Assembly: GCA_963730935.1 (NCBI GenBank)
Contig: CAVSTP010000004.1
Location: 992,001 to 1,056,000 of the forward strand
DNA: 64,000 nucleotides
Direction of reading: 5' to 3'
Source of the DNA: an uncultured Nitrospiraceae bacterium
GTDB lineage: Bacteria; Nitrospirota; Nitrospiria; Nitrospirales; Nitrospiraceae
A model generated the notes under the pieces. The model did no database searches and was not told where the DNA came from. It worked only from the letters and a program-made list of their open reading frames with translations. Shown in pieces: positions 48,694 through 58,805 of this stretch (within the stretch, counting starts at the first letter, position 1; each line of letters opens with the position of its first letter). The translations under genes were made by a program, and so were the position numbers.

Positions 48694-49050
48694 ATGCTGC
48701 GTTCCGGCCTCGCTGCTTGGATGATCTCACTCTGGGTCGTTCTCTCGAGCAACGAGGCCTTCGCACTGGAACGTGCCGCCCTCGCGCTGTCCGGCCCGGA
48801 CTGCCGTCTGTCGCACCAGGCCATCATCGAGAGGCTGGAGCGCCTCGAGGGAGTCACAAGGGTGGAGGCGGAGACGATTCCCGATCATCTCCTGGTCGAT
48901 CACGATGGTCTGCATCGCACAGGAGAAGAGCTTGCCGGCTTCGTGAACGGAGTGGCTGCCCTGCAGGGTCGTTGCCGAGCAGCGGTGATGCAGTCCTGCA
49001 TCACCGCAGGCGCCGGACCCGGCGGGGCGCGTCTCGTGCCCGAACGGTAG
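48694..49050 (+). CDS. exported HMA-like small protein
   Basis: signal peptide AFA; L.LSGPDC...IIERLERLEGVTRVE ferredoxin/HMA-like pattern; three Cys. Confidence 0.6.
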   Translation: MLRSGLAAWMISLWVVLSSNEAFALERAALALSGPDCRLSHQAIIERLERLEGVTRVEAETIPDHLLVDHDGLHRTGEELAGFVNGVAALQGRCRAAVMQSCITAGAGPGGARLVPER

Positions 49051-49052
49051 GA

Positions 49053-49367
49053 TCAATACACGACCGCCGGGCGTTTCCCTTGAACGATCAGCATCATCCG
49101 CTCTCGCTTGAGCGGACGCTCTGGATCGCGTGTGTAGTGGGAAAAATCCTCCGAGACTTCGAGAGCGCTCAAGGGAAGTGTGATCTCCTGGCGCATATGC
49201 GGGACGGCCGTGTCCAGCGAAAGAGACACGACTTGATCGGTGCAGGCAGTGACCTCGGCGCTGAGATCGCGCTGATCGTCGAATTGGACGGTGATCCGCT
49301 CCTCCGGATCGATCCACTTTCTGATAGCCGCGGCCTTCTGTTCGTTGCTGTTTCCTTCACCCTCCAT
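49053..49367 (-). CDS. hypothetical protein
   Basis: RBS AAGGAG; coherent codon usage. Confidence 0.75.
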   Translation of the reverse strand: MEGEGNSNEQKAAAIRKWIDPEERITVQFDDQRDLSAEVTACTDQVVSLSLDTAVPHMRQEITLPLSALEVSEDFSHYTRDPERPLKRERMMLIVQGKRPAVVY

Positions 49368-49375
49368 AACTCTCC

Positions 49376-49894
49376 TTATGCCGCACGGTAGGTGCCCGCC
49401 TCTTTGGTTTCGACCTCGGCCACGACCCGCGAACCGATGACAGCGCCCCAGACCGTGGTGCCGAGCGAAAGAAGGCCGCCGATCGCGACGAACCAGGCAA
49501 CGGATGAGATAAGACTCAGAGCCGGCAGCGATTCGCTATCTGTGCTGATTCCCATCGTACTGGGCGGCAGGAACATCAAGATGAAGGTCAAGGCGCCCCA
49601 AAGTACCAGCCCATGAAAGATGCTTTCCACGTAGCGAGACGCATCGGCCACCCAGGCAGTGACATAGCCGCCGATGAACGAGGCGGTGATCCAAGCGAAC
49701 CCGCTCCATAACAGCAGCCCCGCCGCGGCCATACTGCCGCCGGTGTCTGTCGACTCCTGCTTTAGGAAGACGACGCCAAGACCGAACGCGGTAAGCACGA
49801 TATGAATTCCCAGCGCTACTGACAAACCGGCGACGACCGCCGGCCAGCGGAAGAGCACGATTTTGGCTCGATCACGGAACGGCAGAAAAGCCAT
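49376..49894 (-). CDS. four-TM membrane protein
   Basis: RWPAVVAG, FIGGY.TA, HGLVLW; RBS GGGAGG. Confidence 0.8.
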   Translation of the reverse strand: MAFLPFRDRAKIVLFRWPAVVAGLSVALGIHIVLTAFGLGVVFLKQESTDTGGSMAAAGLLLWSGFAWITASFIGGYVTAWVADASRYVESIFHGLVLWGALTFILMFLPPSTMGISTDSESLPALSLISSVAWFVAIGGLLSLGTTVWGAVIGSRVVAEVETKEAGTYRAA

Positions 49895-50329
49895 GACAGT
49901 CCTCCCTTCTCTTCCGGAAACGCCACCAACCTCTCAAAGGTGGCAACGATGCCTCCCGCTAGCCCACTATCTACAGGAGCAGAAGGAACTCTCCTTATTC
50001 TCCACGATATCGGCCAGCCGCTCTTTGGTCACATAGGCCGATCCATAGTCGCTATAGTGGTACCCTAGGTCAGACAGGCCGCCGCCTCGGACTTCCACTA
50101 GGAATAGGAGCGCCTGCTGCCACTCGAGCGATCCGTGATCCTCGTCGCCTAGGGGTCGTGCCTCTTAGAAGAGGTGAGGGTTAGTTACCGCGTCAGTGCA
50201 GCGCGTCACAAGCGAGCCACCAGTGTCCCGCCGCCAATTGCACTGCCCTCAAGAGTCCGGCTTCTCCGTAAGGTTTTCGGATGCATCCGTGCGTCCTCTG
50301 TTACGATCGCTGACCATTTAACGGCCCAA

Positions 50330-50701
50330 CACGACGCTACGCACGGCGGCGAGCAGCTCGGGCTTGACGACTCGAGAATAAAAATCCGGGCCGATTTCCT
50401 GGGCAAGGAAGTACACTTCATCGGGAAGCGGCCGCATGATGGCGCCCGCAGCTTGACGAGCAAATCGTCGGAGCTGAGCGCATCGACACTTTCCACATAG
50501 CCTTGCCAACGGAAGTCGTAGGTGAACACGTCGTTCCACGGCGCCCGCCAGTAGAATCCGCTTTTCAACGTGTTGGTCGTGAGCCCCTTCGGTGAATGGC
50601 TACCAACGTAACCCTCGCTGGCCTGGCTGGACGGTAGTCCCGCAACCGGATTGAAGCACAAGGAGTAGGCACGCAACTAGGAAACAGCCATAACCGTTCA
50701 T
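50330..50701 (-). pseudogene. SPFH/prohibitin (band 7) lipoprotein remnant
   Basis: MNG..LQSGCGTTVQPGQRGLRW* then GFYWRAPWNDVFTYD...DALSSDDL then EIGPDFYSRVVKPELLAAVRSVV across frameshifts; truncated. Confidence 0.75.
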
Positions 50702-51079
50702 GGTGTCCTTTCTGACGACGCCTGTGGTCGCAGTGCTGAAGCGGACGACTGGACGTTCCGCCCCGCATCAAGGTGTTCTTTTGCCAATCGTACGCGATCG
50801 TCGGCGGTACGGCGGTTGGAATGCGCCAAGAGCCGGGCGCCTGACACCCAATCCGAGTCGGGGCCGAACATCCGCTCGTATAGACCACCGCGGGCGTCCA
50901 ACTCGTCGGCCTGTTGTCGGTAGCGGAAGGCTTCTTCTTAATAGTAGCGGGCGATGAGGCCCTGATCGATCGTAGCGTTGAAAGAGGCCGATCTCTTGCT
51001 CCGGCGCGGTGCAACCTGCCCAGAACCCCAGGATCAAGACGGACAGCACTGGCCAACCGAGGGTTCGACTGGTCGTAAT
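50698..51079 (-). pseudogene. degraded small lipoprotein gene
   Basis: lipobox-like WAGC in one frame; helical YERMFGPDSDWVSGARLLA in another; internal stop. Confidence 0.5.
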
Positions 51080-51093
51080 GACTGTACGGGCGG

Positions 51094-51894
51094 TTACCCC
51101 GTTGTGGCCTTGGTAGGAATCGCATCGAAGCCGTACTTGAGCAGTAGCTTTTGGATGCGGGGACTCATCATAAAATTTGCGAACTGCTCAGCGGCCTGCA
51201 GCGAGCCCTGCCGGCAGGTTGCGACTACCGCTTGTCCGAATAGGACGGGAATGGAGCGTCCGGCCGGCGCTTCATCGATGATGCGGACTTGTCCGCTGTT
51301 GATGGCGTCGGCGCGATACACGATGCCCAAATCGGCGTCGCCCCCGCTGACCAGACGGACAACTTCGTCGGTATGGGGTGCCGGAACCAAGTGCGCATGA
51401 TGATGCGCCAAGAGATCAATCTGTTTGAGCGCCCTCACAGAAATCACCCCGACACTCGACGCTTTGGGATCGACGAGGGCCACCCGCCGGGCCCCAGGGA
51501 GCGAGGCATCTCCAAATGAGACCGAAGTGGCAGCCGAGGCGGAGGACATGACCACGACCATGGAGGTCTGTGCATACTGACGCGGCCCGCCGAGCAGCGT
51601 TAGCCCCTTCTGATGGAGCGTCTCCACTTCCTGCAACGATTCGGAAAGAAACACATCGATTGGAGCCCCTTGTTCGATCTGCCGCCGAAGCGTATGCGAA
51701 GGGCCGTACCGCACCTCCACTGGCACGCCGTATTCCTGCTCAAACATCCGCAAGATTTCTTGGAACGGCGCCCTGAGGCTCTGAGCGGCTGCCACCGTCA
51801 ACGTCTCGCCCCGAGCAGGGGCTCCCATTCCCAGGCCGGCGACTCCACAGACGAGCACCATTGTCATGCTGAGTTTCCAAATTTGCATTCGCAC
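51094..51894 (-). CDS. modA: molybdate ABC transporter substrate-binding protein (ModA-like), orphan
   Basis: LTVAAA.SL, YGPS..L..QIEQGAPIDVF, DADLGIVY.AD, L.KYGF. Confidence 0.82.
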   Translation of the reverse strand: MRMQIWKLSMTMVLVCGVAGLGMGAPARGETLTVAAAQSLRAPFQEILRMFEQEYGVPVEVRYGPSHTLRRQIEQGAPIDVFLSESLQEVETLHQKGLTLLGGPRQYAQTSMVVVMSSASAATSVSFGDASLPGARRVALVDPKASSVGVISVRALKQIDLLAHHHAHLVPAPHTDEVVRLVSGGDADLGIVYRADAINSGQVRIIDEAPAGRSIPVLFGQAVVATCRQGSLQAAEQFANFMMSPRIQKLLLKYGFDAIPTKATTG

Positions 51895-51951
51895 GCTACT
51901 GCTCCCTTCGTCAGAAAATAGGCCGTGATAAGCGCAAGCACGATGCTTCCA

Positions 51952-51967
51952 CGCAAATTCAATACCA
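51952..51967 (-). promoter_or_regulatory. sigma54 promoter of modA operon
   Basis: TGGTATTGAATTTGCG (GG-N10-GC). Confidence 0.55.
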
Positions 51968-52050
51968 CGTGCTCTCTCGGCCCTATGACTGGAGAAATGC
52001 CTCCACCCGTTGCTTTTCTCAGGATCCTTCGATGATCAGCTCTTCGAACC

Positions 52051-52090
52051 TGTGAGATTCCGCACAGTCTGCACTGTGCGAAAACGCTAT
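52051..52090. promoter_or_regulatory. tandem enhancer-like sites for a sigma54 activator
   Basis: TGTGAGATTCCGCACA and TGTGCGAAAACGCTAT. Confidence 0.5.
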
Positions 52091-52210
52091 ATCCCTAGTC
52101 ACTATCGCCTAGCCGTTCGAGAAAAACTTGGAGGTCCCTGTCGATATCCCTAGGATAAATGGAGTTTATTCTGACGGTTGAGACCCGACGGAAGGTTGGT
52201 CACGCGCGAC

Positions 52211-52226
52211 AGGTAAGCTGTTTGCT
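52211..52226 (+). promoter_or_regulatory. sigma54 promoter of RND operon
   Basis: AGGTAAGCTGTTTGCT (GG-N10-GC). Confidence 0.45.
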
Positions 52227-52295
52227 ACGGCTAATTGCTACCCTCGAGCACGTTGCTCTACACTAGAGATTCCTTGACCCGAGTTTGCGCCGCCT

Positions 52296-53795
52296 ATGAA
52301 CCAGATCGTCCTCATTGCCCTCCGCAGGCCCTATACCTTCGTCGTCATGTCCATCTTGATTATCCTGATGGGCACCAAAACGATACTCCAGATGCCGACC
52401 GACGTCTTCCCGAATATCACGATTCCCGTCACGTCCGTGGTCTGGATCTACACCGGCCTGCTGCCGCAGCAGGTGGAAGGACGCATTACCTACTTGTTCG
52501 AACGCTTCCTCACGTCAACGGTCGAAGGCATCAAATATATCCATAGTCATTCTTACTACGGCAGCAGTATCACCAATATTTTTCTCCAGGACGGAGTCGA
52601 CGTGGCCAGAGCCGAAGCGGACATCGTGGGCATTGCGCAAAACGTCGTTAAGGCGCTGCCGCCGGACATTTCCCCTCCAATGGTGATGCGTCTTGCGCCA
52701 TCGTCGATACCGGTCGCCATGCTTCAAGTCAGTAGCGACAACCTGACGCCTGCTGAGCTCTATAATCTGGCCTACATGCGGATCCGACCTCTGCTCGTGA
52801 CGGTCCCGGGAATCGTCCTGCCGCACCCCTACGGCGGCCAGGACATGCAGGTCATGGTCAACCTCGATCAGCAGAAACTGCTCGCCCGTCACCTCACGCC
52901 GACCGATATTCACAATGTCCTCATGAAACAGTACCTTGTGCTCCCGTCCGGGGACATCAAGATCAAGTCGACCGACTGGATCGTCTTGACGAACGCATCG
53001 CCAATGAAAATTGCAGATTTTGGGGACATCCCGGTCAAGCGGGAAGGCAATGCGTTCATCTATTTACGCGACGTTGCCACGGTGCAGCTCATGGGCCGCG
53101 TGCAGCAGAATGCCGTACTCGTCAAGGGCAAACAGACCGTGATCATCGTCGCCATGAAGAGCACGGAGGCCTCGACCCTCGATGTGGTCGATGGCATCAA
53201 GAAGATGATCCCTCGCGCCGAGCAGGTCTCTCCGCCGGGCGTTCAGATTAGGCTTCTCGATGACGCCTCCACCTTCGTCAAGGATTCCATTTTTGACGTC
53301 GTACATGAAATGGCGCTCGCTGGAGCCCTGGTCGGCCTCATCGTGCTGTTGCTCATCGGCTCTTGGAGGGCCACGGTGATCGTCTGGACCTCGATCCCGC
53401 TCTCGATCCTCACCGCGATCATCGGGCTGCATTGGCTGAGCGAGACGATCAATGTCATGACTCTGGGCGGGTTAGCGCTGGCGGTCGGCATTCTTGTGGA
53501 CGATGCCACGGTGATGATCGAGAATATCGATCGCCACATCGAAATGGGCAAGCCGCTCGAGCAGGCCATTATCGACGCCGCCAACCAGATCGTCGTCCCG
53601 ACGCTCGTCGCGACACTTTGTATCGCAATTGTCTGGATTCCGCTCTTCGAGCTGGGCGGCGTAGCTGGCTACCTGTTCAAGCCCATGGCGGAGGCGGTCA
53701 TCATTGCGATGATCGCCTCCTTCATTCTGTCACGCACGCTGGTGCCGACGATGGCGAAATATATGATGAAGAGTCACCATGTCCAAGCCGCTTGA
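52296..53795 (+). CDS. RND efflux permease, N-terminal half (TM1-6)
   Basis: DVFPNI..P, N.MTLGGLALAVGILVDDATVMIENI, LFKPMA. Confidence 0.9.
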   Translation: MNQIVLIALRRPYTFVVMSILIILMGTKTILQMPTDVFPNITIPVTSVVWIYTGLLPQQVEGRITYLFERFLTSTVEGIKYIHSHSYYGSSITNIFLQDGVDVARAEADIVGIAQNVVKALPPDISPPMVMRLAPSSIPVAMLQVSSDNLTPAELYNLAYMRIRPLLVTVPGIVLPHPYGGQDMQVMVNLDQQKLLARHLTPTDIHNVLMKQYLVLPSGDIKIKSTDWIVLTNASPMKIADFGDIPVKREGNAFIYLRDVATVQLMGRVQQNAVLVKGKQTVIIVAMKSTEASTLDVVDGIKKMIPRAEQVSPPGVQIRLLDDASTFVKDSIFDVVHEMALAGALVGLIVLLLIGSWRATVIVWTSIPLSILTAIIGLHWLSETINVMTLGGLALAVGILVDDATVMIENIDRHIEMGKPLEQAIIDAANQIVVPTLVATLCIAIVWIPLFELGGVAGYLFKPMAEAVIIAMIASFILSRTLVPTMAKYMMKSHHVQAA

Positions 53796-55470
53796 CCCTC
53801 ACGAGCCGTCCGGAGCAGCCCCTTCGCGGAATCCCTTTGTCCGCTTTCAGAAGGAGTTTGAGCGTCGCTTCGATCAGTTCCGCGAGGGCTACGGTCGGCT
53901 GCTCGAACACGTGATCGACCGACGCAGCACCTTCGTGAAGATCTCGCTGGCGGTCGCCCTGGCCTCCCTCGGTCTCTTTTTCTTCCTCGGACGCGATTAC
54001 TTCCCTGAGATCCCGTCGGGGGTCATTCAGATGCATATGCGGGCGCCACTCGGGACACGCATCGAAGTGTCGGGACGCCTGGCCACACTGGTCTCCAACA
54101 GCATCGAGGAGCTGCTTCCGGGGCAGGTGGAAAACATTGTTAGCAATTGCGGCCTACCGGTCGGCCCGCACAACCTCGCCTTCATTCCCACGCCGACGAT
54201 CGGTTCCCAGGATTGTGATTTGACGATCCTTTTGGAGAATGAAAAGTCGCCGGTATGGGACTATCGTCGCACTCTGCGCAAGGGCTTGAGGGAGCGTTAT
54301 CCGGGAACCGAATTCACGTTTCAGCCATCCGATTTGACTGCCAAAATTCTCAACTTCGGCGCGCCGGCGCCGATCGACGTGCAGGTCAACGGACCGGACA
54401 TCTATGCCAACTACGAGTATGCCCGCAAATTGGTCGGGAAGTTTCGCGAGATCCCGGGCGCCGTGGACGTCGTCATCCAGCAGACGATGCGCACGCCCAC
54501 CCTCATGGTCGAAGGCAACCGCACGTTCGGATTGGGTGTCAACAGAACCCTGAAGGACATGGCCGACAATTTGCTGATGACGACTGCCGGCAGCCAACAG
54601 GTCGACCAGATCTACTGGCTCGATCCTACGACCGGCATGTCGTACCTGATCAATGTCTATACGCCTCAAGCACAGATCAACAGCCTCAATAGCCTCAAGA
54701 CCATCCCCATTGATTCCTCCGACAAGGCTGTGAAAGACGATATACAGTTGCTTGGCAACCTGGCCGACCTCTCAGCGGAGGGAACCCCTGGCGTGATTAC
54801 GCATGGAAACATCATGCCCTTGATTAATGTGTATGTCTCAGCGGAAGGGCGCGACCTCGGCGGCGTACTGACGGACGTCCAGAAGATCGCCAAGACCATG
54901 GAGCACGAGAAGCCCCGCAGCGCCGAGGTCGAAATCCATGGTCAGGCCTCGCTGATGCACGACGCCTATTTCGAGCTGATCTTTGGGTTGCTCGCCGCGA
55001 TCGTGCTGGTCTACCTGTTGATTGTCGTCAACTTTCAATCCTGGCTCGATCCCTTTATTATCATTACGGCGTTACCCGGAGCATTGGCCGGCATCGCGTG
55101 GGCGTTGTTCCTGACCCATACGCGTCTGTCTGAGCCGGCATTGACGGGTGCCATCATGACGATGGGAACGGCAACGGCGAATTCGATTCTCGTGGTGTCC
55201 TATGCGCGGGAACGGCTTCAAGAGCACGGCAATGCACTCTTGGCCGCAATCGAAGCCGGGAAAACGCGGCTTCGACCAGTGCTCATGACTGCCTTGGCCA
55301 TGATCATCGGGATGGTGCCGATGGCAACAGGCTCTTCCACGAATGCGCCGCTGGGGCGTGCGGTCATCGGCGGTTTGTTCGTCGCCACGCTCTTCACGCT
55401 GCTCTTCGTGCCCTGCGTGTATGCCATGATTTACAACAGGCGAATGCCCCACCAGAAGGAGGCCACATGA
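53779..55470 (+). CDS. RND efflux permease, C-terminal half (TM7-12)
   Basis: GRDYFP, FQSWLDP, TANSILVV, RLRPVLMT, PLGRAVIGG. Confidence 0.9.
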   Translation: MSKPLDPHEPSGAAPSRNPFVRFQKEFERRFDQFREGYGRLLEHVIDRRSTFVKISLAVALASLGLFFFLGRDYFPEIPSGVIQMHMRAPLGTRIEVSGRLATLVSNSIEELLPGQVENIVSNCGLPVGPHNLAFIPTPTIGSQDCDLTILLENEKSPVWDYRRTLRKGLRERYPGTEFTFQPSDLTAKILNFGAPAPIDVQVNGPDIYANYEYARKLVGKFREIPGAVDVVIQQTMRTPTLMVEGNRTFGLGVNRTLKDMADNLLMTTAGSQQVDQIYWLDPTTGMSYLINVYTPQAQINSLNSLKTIPIDSSDKAVKDDIQLLGNLADLSAEGTPGVITHGNIMPLINVYVSAEGRDLGGVLTDVQKIAKTMEHEKPRSAEVEIHGQASLMHDAYFELIFGLLAAIVLVYLLIVVNFQSWLDPFIIITALPGALAGIAWALFLTHTRLSEPALTGAIMTMGTATANSILVVSYARERLQEHGNALLAAIEAGKTRLRPVLMTALAMIIGMVPMATGSSTNAPLGRAVIGGLFVATLFTLLFVPCVYAMIYNRRMPHQKEAT

Positions 55471-56705
55471 TGCAACGTCTGAGCGGAAAAGTCGTTGCAC
55501 TGTCCGCCCTTGTCCTCTTTCTCTCTTACGTCGGCTATCGCCTCTACGAGACCAAAAGCGACGCAGCCGCGTTGCAGGCGAAAACGCTGGAAGACGCCGT
55601 GCCTACGGTGGCCATTATCCATCCAAAGCCAGGGGATGCGAGCGAGACGATCACACTTCCCGGGAATATTACCGCCTGGTTCGAAGCGCCGATCTACGCG
55701 CAAGTCTCCGGCTATGTGAAGATGTGGTACAAGGATTACGGCGCACAGGTGAAGAAGGGCGATATCCTCGCAGAGATCAACGCACCCGCGCTCGATGCCC
55801 AATATGCGCAGGCCAAGGCGGATCTGGATTCGGAGCGTGCCAAGTATGCGCTCGCGGATATTACCGCCAAACGCTGGGTCGCGCTCCGTCCCAATCAAGC
55901 GGTGTCCGAACAATCCATTTCAGTGAAAGTCGCGGAAGCGAAAGCCGAAGCGGCGAAGGTCAAGGCGTCCGAGCAGAATGTCCGGAACTACGAGGCCCTG
56001 ATCCGGTTTAAAACGATCGTCGCGCCGTATGACGGCGTGGTGACCGTTCGAAATATCAACGTCGGCGACTATGTGAACAAAGAAGGCACGATCAGCACGC
56101 CCGGCTCGATCAGCAATCTCTTCACCGTCGCCGACGTCAGCATGATGCGTCTTTTTGTCAATGTCCCGGAGTCGTTTGGTCCGTTCCTCCACCCAGGCCT
56201 GACGGCCGACGTGACAGTACCGCAATTGCCCGACCGTCATTTCACCGGAAAATTCCTGACCGTCGCCAAGGGCTTCGACGTGAGCACTCGCACGGCCGTC
56301 ACCGTTTTTACGATCGACAACGAAGACCGAGCCTTGTGGCCCGGCTCCTACGGCAAAGTGGTGATCACCGCGCCAGTTGATAGGAAAGTGTTCATGATTC
56401 CGTCGACGGCGCTGGTGTTTCAGGAGCACGGCACGCAAGTGGCGGTGGTGACAGAGGACGACCGAGTGCACTTCCAACCCATCACCGTAAGCAGACTTCT
56501 CGACAGCGCTGTCGAAGTGTCAGAAGGGATTGCCGCCAGCGACCGGATTGTGAACAATCCAGGTGCCGCATTGTTGGAAGGCGACACGGTCCGCATCGTG
56601 ACGCCGGCACCCGGTTATGATCTCGACAATGCCGAACCCGCTTTGCCGGACGACCACAAGGACCACCCGCAGAAAAAACAATCGGCCATGTCAACGTCAC
56701 GATGA
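55467..56705 (+). CDS. RND periplasmic adaptor (MFP)
   Basis: IYAQVSGYV..G.QVKKGD.LA, APYDGVVT.RN..VG. Confidence 0.92.
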   Translation: MMQRLSGKVVALSALVLFLSYVGYRLYETKSDAAALQAKTLEDAVPTVAIIHPKPGDASETITLPGNITAWFEAPIYAQVSGYVKMWYKDYGAQVKKGDILAEINAPALDAQYAQAKADLDSERAKYALADITAKRWVALRPNQAVSEQSISVKVAEAKAEAAKVKASEQNVRNYEALIRFKTIVAPYDGVVTVRNINVGDYVNKEGTISTPGSISNLFTVADVSMMRLFVNVPESFGPFLHPGLTADVTVPQLPDRHFTGKFLTVAKGFDVSTRTAVTVFTIDNEDRALWPGSYGKVVITAPVDRKVFMIPSTALVFQEHGTQVAVVTEDDRVHFQPITVSRLLDSAVEVSEGIAASDRIVNNPGAALLEGDTVRIVTPAPGYDLDNAEPALPDDHKDHPQKKQSAMSTSR

Positions 56706-58318
56706 GCAGGTTCGCCATGCACACGAGACCGGACATGACGCGCAGGGCATGGCTCGTCTGCTGGGTGCTGCTCGCGCTGACTCTCACGGCGTGCAGCGAT
56801 CTGTTTCCGACTGTCGATCTTTCACCATCCTATCAGCCGCCCGAATATGTGGTGCCGGCCTCATGGCATGGGTCGAGTCCCTTTGTCGAGGCCACTCCCT
56901 CGGACACCGAATTGCGGCCGGATTGGTGGCAGCTGTATGACGATCCGGCCCTGACCACCCTGATCGAACAAGCCATGGTGGCCAATCCGGATTTGGAAGC
57001 CACAGCTGAGCGGTTTGTCCAGGCGCGCGACATGATGATGAAGGCGCGTTCTCAGTACCTTCCTCGGCTGGGCCTTGGATTCGGCGCCTCGGATAACCGC
57101 GCCTCGAACAATGCGCTGTTCTTTCCACGTGATATTTCGCAACAGGCCTCGACCGTGCACCTTGGCGGGCTGGCCTCCTGGGAGCCCGACTTCTGGTCGG
57201 CCCTGCGCAATGCCACCCGCATTGAAACGTACCGCGCCGAAGAACGCGCGGCCGACTATGGGCTCGCACGCCTTAGCCTCCAGGCGGAAATCGGGACGAA
57301 CTATTTTCTGCTGCGCGGCTATGACGCGCAGATCACAATCTACACCCAATCCATCGACCTCTATAAACGATCGCTCGACATCGTGAAGGCCCAGTTTGCT
57401 GGCGCGATCGCTTCGGCACTCGATGTGGCCCGCGTCGAATCGCTGTTGTTCACTACGGAAACGCAGTTGGCGAGGGTGCACGCACAACGACAGATCACGG
57501 AGCAAGCGATCGCCATCCTTGTCAATATGGCGCCGGCCAGTTTTACCATCAGACCCAAATCGGCAGACGATCTTCGCGTGGCGACGTTCACGCTTCCGCG
57601 AGCCGTCCCGTCGACGTTGCTTGAACGGCGACCAGACATCGCCAGGATGGAACGGCAGATGGCACAGGCAAGCCGGGCCATCGGCATTGCCCGCGCTGCT
57701 TTTTTCCCCAATGTGACGTTTCGCGCCGGCGGAGGATTCGAAGATGTCGGCTTTAACCTGATGTCGCTCGCCAATAGTTTCTGGTCCTACGGTGCCACTG
57801 TGTCGCTGCCGGTGTTTCAAGGCGGTCTTCGCCGCGCGCAATTGCAACAGTCCTGGTCGGCCTACCGCGAGACGGAGGATCGATACCGTTCGACCGTGCT
57901 CAATGCTTTTCGCGAGGTTGAAAACAACCTGAGTCTGACCGGCCAATTGACGCTCGCCGCGAATCGGCAGGACGCCGCCGTCGGGGCAACGTTCAAGGCG
58001 CAAAACCTGACGACCGAACTCTATCAGGGCGGATTGGCATCCAGCCTTGAGCTCATTTATGCCCAGGTCGCCACCCTGACTGCGCGCATCGAATCGGTGC
58101 AGATCAAGGCCGAATTGCTGCAAAGCTCAGTCGGGCTCATCCGTGCGCTCGGCGGGGGTTGGAACCGGAATCAATTGCCCAGGGACGAGCAGATCCAGCC
58201 GTTCGGGACCTTCCAATACGTCAATCTCAACAAACCGGCCCCTCTCAAGGGGATCGACGTCAACGCCGACAATAACGCGATACACAACGATCTGACCAAG
58301 CCCGTCGCCCTTCCGTGA
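56702..58318 (+). CDS. outer-membrane efflux lipoprotein (NodT/OprM-like)
   Basis: lipobox LTAC, WWQLY.DP.L, LLERRPDI, LIRALGGGW. Confidence 0.92.
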   Translation: MSRFAMHTRPDMTRRAWLVCWVLLALTLTACSDLFPTVDLSPSYQPPEYVVPASWHGSSPFVEATPSDTELRPDWWQLYDDPALTTLIEQAMVANPDLEATAERFVQARDMMMKARSQYLPRLGLGFGASDNRASNNALFFPRDISQQASTVHLGGLASWEPDFWSALRNATRIETYRAEERAADYGLARLSLQAEIGTNYFLLRGYDAQITIYTQSIDLYKRSLDIVKAQFAGAIASALDVARVESLLFTTETQLARVHAQRQITEQAIAILVNMAPASFTIRPKSADDLRVATFTLPRAVPSTLLERRPDIARMERQMAQASRAIGIARAAFFPNVTFRAGGGFEDVGFNLMSLANSFWSYGATVSLPVFQGGLRRAQLQQSWSAYRETEDRYRSTVLNAFREVENNLSLTGQLTLAANRQDAAVGATFKAQNLTTELYQGGLASSLELIYAQVATLTARIESVQIKAELLQSSVGLIRALGGGWNRNQLPRDEQIQPFGTFQYVNLNKPAPLKGIDVNADNNAIHNDLTKPVALP

Positions 58319-58374
58319 GCGGAACTTTCCGGTACCAGTTTGACTCGGCCTCGGTCCTGCAACCACGATGACCT

Positions 58375-58403
58375 CAGGAGGCTTTTGTGCGCCGCCTCCT
58401 GAA
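58375..58403 (+). terminator. hairpin after the RND operon
   Basis: TCAGGAGGC/GCCTCCTGA inverted repeat. Confidence 0.5.
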
Positions 58404-58750
58404 GCTTTCAGCCACTTCGCCGACTAACGCCATCACAGCGTCCAAACAGACCGCCTCATAGACGATGGTGCGCAAAGGCATGACCGCCTTTCGACCCATT
58501 CGGAACCGAACGAGGAGCTGTTTGGAGGGCCGCGTCGCCTGGAGCGTCCTGTTGAACCCGAATCGTACATCCCTCGACGGAGCCCGGATCTAGGGTCTTC
58601 ATATTTTCCCCTCTCGCCTGCTATCGGGCCAGGCTCACAGAATCTGGGGCCCGAGGCTGGACCTCCAGCGTCGCAGCGCGATCCGTTTGACCGCAGGGAC
58701 CGGAGAGGAACGACTGGCGGCGTTCGATGAGGCCGCTCTCCTCCACTGAT

Positions 58751-58780
58751 TTGACATGGCTTCTCTCGTCTACTTACGAT
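58751..58780 (+). promoter_or_regulatory. sigma70-like promoter of the two-component operon
   Basis: TTGACA-N18-TACGAT. Confidence 0.55.
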
Positions 58781-58805
58781 GAGGCGGAAGGAGCAAGACG
58801 GTCTG

